The notes under the pieces were generated by a model that was not told the origin of the DNA, made no database searches, and saw only the letters and a list, made by a program, of their open reading frames with translations. The position numbers and the translations under genes were made by a program. This document shows, one piece after another, positions 17,915 to 26,600 of a stretch of 64,000 bases of DNA (position 1 is the stretch's first letter; each line of letters opens with the position of its first letter). The DNA comes from an uncultured euryarchaeote (GTDB lineage Archaea > Thermoplasmatota > Poseidoniia > Poseidoniales > Poseidoniaceae): contig CALBFP010000296.1 in NCBI GenBank assembly GCA_937894115.1, forward strand, positions 5,275-69,274. Reading direction: 5' to 3'.

Positions 17915-20649
17915 AATCCGTGGCACACATTCTCATTGCAATGATGCTTCTTGTGGTCCTTTCACCGCTGGGTTCAAACGATGTTCGAGCGGATGAAACA
18001 CCACCACAACCACTTACAGTCTTCTCCTACAAAGGATTCGCAACAGAAGTCTCAGTGGTGGGTGAATGGGATTGGGACAATCCCGTCCCAATGATGGAAC
18101 AGAACGGAATTTGGATTGCAGAGGTTGATTTGCAGGAAGGCCTGTATTGCTACAAATTCATCGTTGATCAACAATGGATTTTTGACCCTATGAACCCTGA
18201 ACGGTCTTATTGTGACGATATCGAGAACTCGCTGGTTCGAGTACTTGACCATGAGCGACCTCAATTCAGTGCTGAATTGATCGATCAGTCGATTGTGGTC
18301 ACCTATCATCCAGGTTCGTCTGGTGCAGCTTTCGATGGCACACCAACCGATATTGATGGTGCAGCGTGGGATGTTTTGAACCAATCATGGACGTACAACA
18401 TCAGCGGTTTAGAGGATGGCAAACATACGTTCACGATTGACGGTTTTGATGTAAACGGAAATCCTGCTTACGATTTGCTGGTCCCATTTTGGACTGGGCC
18501 AAATGCGGATTTTGAGTGGCAAGATGCACTCATCTACATGGTCATGACCGACCGATTTGTCAACGGCAACACATCAAACGACGGATCCCTAACCGGTGCT
18601 GCTCAAGGTGCGGATTGGCAAGGTGGAGATCTTTCTGGGGTAACTCAAATGATCGAGTCGGGTTATTTTGACGATTTGGGTGTCGGTGCTTTGTGGCTTT
18701 CACCCTTTAATACAGCAGCAGAAGGGACAGGTAAAGCAAGCGATGGCGAGCACGATGTCTCCTCGTTTCATGGGTATTGGCCGGTTGAAGCTCGAACAGT
18801 TGAACCAAGACTTGGAACTGCAGACGAACTTCATGCTCTGGTTGACGCAGCCCACGATCGTGGCATTCGTATTATGATGGACTTCGTCATCAACCATGTG
18901 CATGAACAACACACGTACTACGAGGAACATCCGGAATGGTTCAACGCAGGATGCATCTGTGGGACCGCAAACTGCGATTGGAGTGAACATCGCCTTGATT
19001 GTCAATTCACTCCGTACATGCCGGACGTGAACTGGAAAATCCGTGATGCATCCGAACAGATTATCGATGATGCATTGTGGTGGCTGGAAACCTATGATCT
19101 CGATGGACTTCGTATTGATGCGGTGAAACACGTCGAGGATTCGGCTACCAGAAACCTGGTCGCTCAAGTGAATCAGCGATTTGAGACGGTCGGAACCGAT
19201 TATTATCTCAAAGGTGAAACGGCCATGGGATGGGTAGGTCATTCACTGGTTGACAATACGGAACAATACGGGACCATCAATGCCTACATGGGCCCGGATG
19301 GATTGGACGGTCAGGCCGACTTTGTCTTGTATCACGCAGTTGTGGACAACGTCTTTGTTTCAGGTAATGAGAACTACATGCATCTTGATTACTGGACCAA
19401 TCGAAGTCAGGATCAATACCTTGAGGGATCCATTATGGTTCCTTATGTTGGTAGTCACGATGTTCCTCGACTGACCAGTCGAGCAGATACTGGAACCAGT
19501 GATGCCTTCAATCAGTGGGCAGAGGACGGGCTTCCTGGACAACCAGGAGATGCATCTGCCTACAATGCAGCCATGCAAGCCTATGGATGGTTGCTCACTA
19601 CACCCGGCGCACCGTTGCTGTATTATGGAGATGAATACGGCGAATACGGTGGTGCAGACCCCGATAATCGTCACATGTACCGGAATGAAAGTTCATGGAG
19701 TTCAATGGAAACTCAATTGTTTGAAAACATCTCTGAACTCGGTAAACTGCGATCTGAATCGATGGCGTTGCAACGCGGAGCGTACACCACGAGAATGGCC
19801 ATGGCAAATCTTCTGGTCTACAACATGACCTTTGAAGATGAAGCGATGACTGTCGTGCTCAACAGAGGTGCTCCAACCACAGTGAACGGATTTGAGGCGA
19901 ACGATGTGGTCCGGTTTGGTTCTGCAACCTTAGAAGACGGGATCCTTTCTGTTGCAGCGCACTCTGTGACCGTCCTTGAGTTGGATGCTGACCCCATTGC
20001 TCTTCCAGTCCATGGGTGCACAGATTCATCTGCGACCAACTTTGACTCAGAAGCAACGCATGATGACGGTTCCTGCGAATACACTGTTGAACCAATTCCA
20101 GGTTGCATGGATGAACTGGCGTTGAACTACGATTCTGAGGCGACAGAAGATGATGGTAGCTGCACGTATCCTGTTGAGGATGTGATGGGTTGTATGGACT
20201 CCGAAGCGCTCAACTATGATGCTGAGGCAACCACCGATGAAGGCTGCGTTTATCCAACCAACAATGGGACTCATGATGATTCCAATTCCTCTCAAGATGT
20301 GGAAAACAACACCAATACCGATTCCAATCAGACAAACGAAACATTGGAGCCAACACCCAACAATTTGACGGCGTCAAATCAGTCAAATCTGGAAGAAAAC
20401 AAAACATGTGAGGGTTGTTGCGGAGACACGTTTGAGGTGGCTGCGGGTGAGGAATGCCCAATGTTTTCTTGTGATCCATGTGCGCAAACAGAAACGTCGG
20501 ATTCAAAATCCTCCGTTGTAACGCTGGCTCGATCTCTGTTGTTTGCAGCAATCGGGGTTGCTGCACTCGTTCTGATTTTCACTGGCAGAAGAGGCGGTGA
20601 AGGTGACAACGATGGCGATGAAGTCCGCTGGGATGATCACGAAAATTGA
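17911..20649 (+). CDS. membrane-anchored GH13 alpha-amylase-family enzyme with N-terminal CBM48/E-set-like module
   Basis: It has a signal peptide. A glycogen-binding-like module reads FSYKGFATEVSVVGEWDWDNPVPM...YCYKFIVDQQWIFDP. GH13 regions are DFVINH, GLRIDAVKH, KGETAMGW and VGSHDVPR. A C-terminal repeat, stalk and TM helix follow. Confidence 0.88.
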   Translation: MKSVAHILIAMMLLVVLSPLGSNDVRADETPPQPLTVFSYKGFATEVSVVGEWDWDNPVPMMEQNGIWIAEVDLQEGLYCYKFIVDQQWIFDPMNPERSYCDDIENSLVRVLDHERPQFSAELIDQSIVVTYHPGSSGAAFDGTPTDIDGAAWDVLNQSWTYNISGLEDGKHTFTIDGFDVNGNPAYDLLVPFWTGPNADFEWQDALIYMVMTDRFVNGNTSNDGSLTGAAQGADWQGGDLSGVTQMIESGYFDDLGVGALWLSPFNTAAEGTGKASDGEHDVSSFHGYWPVEARTVEPRLGTADELHALVDAAHDRGIRIMMDFVINHVHEQHTYYEEHPEWFNAGCICGTANCDWSEHRLDCQFTPYMPDVNWKIRDASEQIIDDALWWLETYDLDGLRIDAVKHVEDSATRNLVAQVNQRFETVGTDYYLKGETAMGWVGHSLVDNTEQYGTINAYMGPDGLDGQADFVLYHAVVDNVFVSGNENYMHLDYWTNRSQDQYLEGSIMVPYVGSHDVPRLTSRADTGTSDAFNQWAEDGLPGQPGDASAYNAAMQAYGWLLTTPGAPLLYYGDEYGEYGGADPDNRHMYRNESSWSSMETQLFENISELGKLRSESMALQRGAYTTRMAMANLLVYNMTFEDEAMTVVLNRGAPTTVNGFEANDVVRFGSATLEDGILSVAAHSVTVLELDADPIALPVHGCTDSSATNFDSEATHDDGSCEYTVEPIPGCMDELALNYDSEATEDDGSCTYPVEDVMGCMDSEALNYDAEATTDEGCVYPTNNGTHDDSNSSQDVENNTNTDSNQTNETLEPTPNNLTASNQSNLEENKTCEGCCGDTFEVAAGEECPMFSCDPCAQTETSDSKSSVVTLARSLLFAAIGVAALVLIFTGRRGGEGDNDGDEVRWDDHEN

Positions 20650-22286
20650 TTGTAAAATTCAAGATAATCTTGAATCATCCGTTGACCTGTAAAACCTGCT
20701 GATGCTGCGATGCTTGCTTTCATGACGTTCGACCAGCCATCTCCTTCCTGCTCCCAAAGCGGAATGACCTCATTTTCGAGCACGTTGTAAATGTTCTCCG
20801 CATCTCTGTCATCGTCTCGATTTTCTTCTGCATTGCCAATAGCCCACCCATTCACACCGTGAATGCAGGCTTCTGGCCACCAGCCATCAAGAATCGAACA
20901 GTTGGGAACTCCATTCATTGCAGCTTTCATCCCAGATGTGCCCGATGCTTCCATTGGACGTATGGGATTGTTCAGCCAAATGTCAACGCCACTGGTCATC
21001 ATCAATCCTGTATGCATGTCGTAATTCTCAATGAAGGCAACAGGGATCGTATCGGCGATTTGGTTTGCAGATTCAAAGATGTCACGGATTAGTTGTTTGC
21101 CGCCCTGATCTCTTGGATGGGCCTTGCCAGAAAAGACGAATTGAATTTTTCCGGCACCGATTGCCTGTAACCGTTCCAGATTTTTGAACACGAGATTTGC
21201 TCGCTTGTATGTTGCAAATCGGCGCGCAAACCCAATTGTCAATCGATCCGCAGCCAATTCGACGCCTGTTGTTGATCGAACGTAATCTCGAAGTTGTTTT
21301 CGTGATATTGAACGCGCTTCGAGAAGTTCCTCAGTTGGTAACTGGTAGGCGTTTCCTATGGATTGTGGTTGGAATCTCCATCCTTTCAGGTGTTTGTCAA
21401 AGAAAGATGCCATGACAGGCGACGTCCAAGTAATGTGGTGAACACCGTTGGTAATAGGCTGTATAACTTGTTCATCAAACATCGTCATTGCCACATCCGC
21501 ATTGAGTTTTGAGACCGCATTAACCGATGTTGAGAGAGCAACTGCAAGGTGAGACATCGAACATCGCGCACCCTTTTCGGAATCGCCTGCATTACAAACT
21601 AACGATTTCGCATCATCCGGAAGCAAATCACCAATCACCGATTTCACCAAAGACCAATCGAATCGATCGTGTCCGGCGGGTACAGGCGTATGCGTTGTGA
21701 AAAGACTTCGCTGTGCCAACTCTTCACGACTCCATCCACGATGCAGCAGTTCAAGCATAGCAAACGTGCAATGACCTTCGTTCAAGTGGAGTCCACTGAG
21801 TTCCACATCCAGATATTCAAACAATTGTACTCCCCCTACCCCGAGAACATACTCTTGGCGTATACGAACAGCATCATCACCTCCGTACAATCGGGAGGAC
21901 AACGCTTGATGTTCGGGCGAGTTCTTCGGATGACGCGTATCGAGAAAGTAAACGGGTACGGAGTTTCCATGCACTCCCTGAATTTCTGCCTTCCATACAT
22001 ACGCAAACAACGTGCGTTCGTCCAAGTTTAAACGAAGAACAATCTCTGTTTTGGAGAGATGCTTGTTGGGTTCATGTTCAGGAAATGTTTCTGTTTGGAT
22101 GCCCATCTCATCGATGTGCTGGTGTGCATATCCCTGATGGTAAAGAAGAGTAACACCAACGAGTGGAATCTTTGCATCTGCTGCGGATTTAACGTGGTCA
22201 CCTGCAAGAACGCCCAAGCCGCCAGAGTAGGTGCGCAATTCGGACCAAAGTCCAATCTCTGCAGTAAAATATCCCACCACAGGCAT
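20637..22286 (-). CDS. glgP: alpha-glucan phosphorylase (GT35, short archaeal/bacterial GlgP family)
   Basis: The N-terminus is EIGLWSELRTYSGGLGVLAGDHVKSAAD. The PLP-lysine region is EASGTSGMKAAMNG. Confidence 0.88.
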   Translation of the reverse strand: MPVVGYFTAEIGLWSELRTYSGGLGVLAGDHVKSAADAKIPLVGVTLLYHQGYAHQHIDEMGIQTETFPEHEPNKHLSKTEIVLRLNLDERTLFAYVWKAEIQGVHGNSVPVYFLDTRHPKNSPEHQALSSRLYGGDDAVRIRQEYVLGVGGVQLFEYLDVELSGLHLNEGHCTFAMLELLHRGWSREELAQRSLFTTHTPVPAGHDRFDWSLVKSVIGDLLPDDAKSLVCNAGDSEKGARCSMSHLAVALSTSVNAVSKLNADVAMTMFDEQVIQPITNGVHHITWTSPVMASFFDKHLKGWRFQPQSIGNAYQLPTEELLEARSISRKQLRDYVRSTTGVELAADRLTIGFARRFATYKRANLVFKNLERLQAIGAGKIQFVFSGKAHPRDQGGKQLIRDIFESANQIADTIPVAFIENYDMHTGLMMTSGVDIWLNNPIRPMEASGTSGMKAAMNGVPNCSILDGWWPEACIHGVNGWAIGNAEENRDDDRDAENIYNVLENEVIPLWEQEGDGWSNVMKASIAASAGFTGQRMIQDYLEFYNQFS

Positions 22287-22331
22287 ACGTTGTGCTCTTC
22301 AAGTTAGGTTATGATTTCTTTGTTAACGAAA

Positions 22332-23588
22332 TCACGTTTCAATATCCCGCCAGGCAAATGTCCATCCCCAATTTTGACCTTTTTGACCGGGTGTGTTCAT
22401 CCTTGCTTCAGATCCGAGTCCAAGATAATCTTGCAATGGGATAATTGCGATGGGAGCCTTTGACTGTTGGGCAAGTCGAATCATTGTCTCATGAACGTTT
22501 TCTTCTTCAACCGATAACGATTTCAAACGAGATTGCTCTGTAGCAGTTGCGGATTGAAACCATCCAATAGCAGTGTCGTTGTCGTGTGTTCCCGTGTAGG
22601 CGACTTGGTCTTCGAGAATGTTCGCAGGATGGTGAGGATTGGTGCCTGAATCGCCTGTGAATCCGAATTGAAGAACCGCCATGCCCTTGAGTTGTTGACG
22701 CTGTCTGAATGCAACAACCTCTTTTGGGATTATGCCCAAATCCTCTGCTATAATTTGGTCCGGTGATTCGACGAGTTTCATAATCTGTTCAAACAGTTCG
22801 TCTTTGGGCCCATCTTGCCAGTGGCCCGTTCTGGCATCGATACCAGGATAGGGGATGGCCCAGTTTGAGTGAAATCCCCTGAAGTGGTCAATTCGAACGA
22901 CATCGTACAATCGGAACATCCGTTTCATGCGTTCTTTCCACCATGTCCATTGTTCCTTGCGATGCGCATCCCAATTGTAAAGCACCGTTTCCCATACTTG
23001 TCCGGTTTCGCTAAAGTAATCTGGAGGCACACCCGCAACGAACGTAGGATAACCGTCATCGTCGAGTTGAAACAGCTCTCGATGCGCCCAAACGTCAGCG
23101 GAATCATGAGCGATGAAAATAGGAACGTCACCGATCACACGCACTCCATTGGCATTGGCATACAGACGTAAGTCTTGCCACTCTGTATTGAAGGAGCGCT
23201 GTGTTTGAAGGTACGGTTCAAGTTTTTCCTGATAGGGTGCAAGAGCTTCTTCGTTGCGGTTTTTCAATAAATCGGGCCATTCATACCATGGTTTTCCGTT
23301 TTGATCATCCTTAATTGCGCAATACAATGCCCAGTCCTCAAGCCAATACGCTTCATCGTCCATAGCATGAGATTGGGTGGACTTCGTCAAATCGTCCCAA
23401 CCTGCGAATGCAGAAGGCGATGCATACGGTGATCGGTATTCGTCAGGAGGTGTCAGAGGTAACAATTGCCAGTACGAGAATCCCTTTTCCTTGAGCCAGT
23501 CGACGAAACGGTAGCCTTGAGACAATTTTTGCTCCGGCAGAGAAGTGATATGACAGAGAACACCGGTTTCTTGTTTTGACTCCATCAT
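22332..23588 (-). CDS. malQ: 4-alpha-glucanotransferase (GH77, amylomaltase)
   Basis: Diagnostic motifs are GVLCHITSLP, VRIDHFRGF, IAEDLGIIP and YTGTHDNDT. Confidence 0.9.
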   Translation of the reverse strand: MMESKQETGVLCHITSLPEQKLSQGYRFVDWLKEKGFSYWQLLPLTPPDEYRSPYASPSAFAGWDDLTKSTQSHAMDDEAYWLEDWALYCAIKDDQNGKPWYEWPDLLKNRNEEALAPYQEKLEPYLQTQRSFNTEWQDLRLYANANGVRVIGDVPIFIAHDSADVWAHRELFQLDDDGYPTFVAGVPPDYFSETGQVWETVLYNWDAHRKEQWTWWKERMKRMFRLYDVVRIDHFRGFHSNWAIPYPGIDARTGHWQDGPKDELFEQIMKLVESPDQIIAEDLGIIPKEVVAFRQRQQLKGMAVLQFGFTGDSGTNPHHPANILEDQVAYTGTHDNDTAIGWFQSATATEQSRLKSLSVEEENVHETMIRLAQQSKAPIAIIPLQDYLGLGSEARMNTPGQKGQNWGWTFAWRDIET

Positions 23589-23631
23589 CTTACTGCAAAG
23601 CCTTTCAAATTATCATTTCTACGGTTAAGCC
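23589..23631. promoter_or_regulatory. 43-bp divergent promoter region between malQ and the GH57 gene
   Basis: The only A/T-rich element, ctttcaaattatcattt, lies about 20-24 nt from both start codons. This implies a shared or bidirectional TATA-like box and near-leaderless transcripts. Confidence 0.3.
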
Positions 23632-26600
23632 ATGCGCAGAAGTGCCGTGGTTTTGGCCATGCTTTTCGTAACCTCAACGCTTGGTGTGTTTTCTGTCGGC
23701 CTTACTCCGTCTACCATAACTGTGGATGGGGATTTAAGTGACTGGGATTCCGACAGTCAAATGTCGAGCAGCAACATTGATTTGCATCTGACTTGGGATG
23801 CGACGAATTTGTACATTGGTTGGGATGGTACGGATTGGAAAGCAACATCTGAAGGAGCAGATTTGTTCGTGTACTTCAACACAACAAACGCCGGATCTGT
23901 GTTGAGTAAGGATTGGGGTTTCTCGCACACGCTTCCATTTGCTGCTGATTATGGATTTGTCCTTGAAGATGATTCCTATTTTCGATTGATTGCTTACGAT
24001 GGAACTTCCTGGGTCGAGAGTTCAGCAGTTGTTGATTTGTATGCTGGATGGAGCGGAAACAAAGTGACTGAATTCTCCATACCATGGTCGGAACTTGGTT
24101 CACCCACGTCACTCGATGTTGTGATGTACGCACAATGGCAAAACGAAGGAAACGTTTGGGTTTCGTTTCCTGAGCAAAACCCAGCAAGCAACAACGGTGC
24201 TGAAACATTCACGCATGCATGGCACATCGATAATGTTGACAACGTCACAAACCCGAGTCAACTCCCTGTTGTACAACCAGCAGCGGCTGGAAAAGTCGAT
24301 GATGCACTCAACTTAGCCATTGTTTTTCATCAGCATCAACCGTATTACAAAAACAAACTTACCGGCATGTACGAGATGCCTTGGGTTCGCGTTCACGCAA
24401 TGACAGAGTACGTTGACTCCCCTGGTATTCTTGCAGATACAAACACGAAAGTGACGTACAATCTCGTACCTTCATTCATCGAGCAACTGGTGGATTACCA
24501 TGAGCAAGAAACACTCGATGTTCACACGGACATTGCCAAACGCTCATGGGCAACGGGCGGCTATCCAAACGCCACGGATCTTGAACTGCATACCATGCAA
24601 TTCCAATCTTTTTGGAACAGCGGTTGGATTTACAACGTGTCTGCAGAGGATTCCAAACTAGGATGGTTGTATCCTTCGAGCGACCGATACAAAGAACTCT
24701 ACGATGCAACACTCCACAACCTCAAACCAGCCACCATCATGAATGACGACCTCCTTCCTCCACAAGATTTCCTTGACCTCCAAGTCTTGTGGTATCTGTA
24801 TCAATTTTCACCCGATTATGTCCTTGGAACCTACAATTCCAGTCATCGAGATCAGGGTCTCATCGACTTGTTCATGCAAAATGGGAATTACGATTTGGCC
24901 GACTTGAATTATGTTCTCGATGCCCAACATGCGCACATGGGCAACGTATTGCCAATGTACAGCGAGCTTGCTGCTCAAGGACAGGTTGAACTGACAACAA
25001 CTCCATACTATCACCCAATCATGCCCCTGCTGATGATGGACGGTTGGACGATGGAGGACGGAATCCGTGTCAACAAAGAGGCTTGGCCCGAAGACGTGCA
25101 AAACCATCTCATTACAGGAATGGACCTGTTTGAACAGGAACTCGGATTCCGACCAACGGGGATGTGGCCAAGTGAAGAAGCGGTTTCTCCTGCGATGGTA
25201 CAACCTGTAACAGACGTTGGGATTGAATGGATGGTGACGGACGAAGAAATTCTCAAACAATCCACGGATCAAAACGGCGCTTCCATCGATGTTGAGGACG
25301 CCACCAACCTCGCAACACCATGGAAAGTAACCGGAGTCGACGGCGGAGAAGTAGCCGTAATTTTCCGCGACCGCGTCATCTCGGACCGCATAGCGTTCCA
25401 ATACGGGACGATGACTCCAGAAGCAGCAGTATCGGACTTTATTGCGTACTTGGACAACATCCGCCAACAACTTCTCGATGCTGGTGAGGACCCTTCAGAA
25501 CATCTCTTGACCGTGGCACTGGATGGTGAAAACTGGATGTTTATGTCGGAATTTCAGCATCAAGACAATGCTCGGCCGTTCATGGCCGAGTGGTACGGGC
25601 GTCTTGCCACACACCCTACGATTGTGACAACAACGCCGAGTGAATTCCTTGAAACCGAACCGACATTGCCTGAGATTCAGACCATCGGTACTGGGTCATG
25701 GATTGATGGTACACTACGGACTTGGGCAGGTGAGGAAGAAGAATCCCTTGCATGGCAACGTTTGGTAGAGGCCCGTCAAAAACTCGTTAAGTTCGAAGAG
25801 GATTATCCAAATGACCCCGGTCTTGAAGCAGCATGGGAATCGTTGTACATCGCTGAAGGAAGCGATTGGTTTTGGTGGTATGGTCTCGATCAGGACAGCG
25901 GTTATGATGAAAATTGGGATGTGTTGTTTAAAGTCCACTTGTCAAACATCTATCGTGCTGTAAATCTTGATCTACCTCCGTATCTCCAAGATCTGTGGAC
26001 CAACCCAGCTGTTCCCTTACCAGCCGCATCAGCGATTATCGAACCAATGATTGACGGCGTAGCCCTTCCAGGAGAATGGGATGGGGCGGCACGGTATGAA
26101 GCACCAGTGGAAGGGGATCCATTTGACATTGAGGAATTTTACATTGGTTATGACGCATCCAACGTCTTTGTCCGTGTCGATGCGACAACAGTTGACCAAC
26201 TTGCAAACATGTCTCTTGACGGGGCTTCCCCTGATTTGGCTCTGTACTTCATGCAACCAAACGCAGTCAACTTCAACGAGGCGGAGACCAATTTCCGAAC
26301 GTATTACGGTAATCAGATTCTTGGTTTCCCTTCAAAATACATGGTTGCCTTTGATTTTGATACGTTACGAGACGACGGTCGTGCCAAGTGGAGTCTCTTT
26401 TCGGCGAAAGGAAAGAACGGTGATCAGGAGCAATGGGTCCGTACGGGAAGTTCATCGCTCGGAGGCTGTGCCGCACAAGATGTCTACGAATTTATCATAC
26501 CGTGGTCTGAAATTGGCCTCGCTCCGCGCTATTCAACCCGAATCAAGGTTGTCGCCTCCTTGGCAAACTCGCTCGCCTACGGTGATGGGGTCGACAAAGA

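Noticed and set aside
20637-20649. Convergent gene-end overlaps with no visible terminators: GH13/glgP at 20637-20649, GH57/DoxX at 28098-28101 and gcvPB/hypothetical at 47194-47215.
   Set aside because: This is common in compact archaeal genomes, where termination often uses short T-tracts. I saw nothing structurally unusual.
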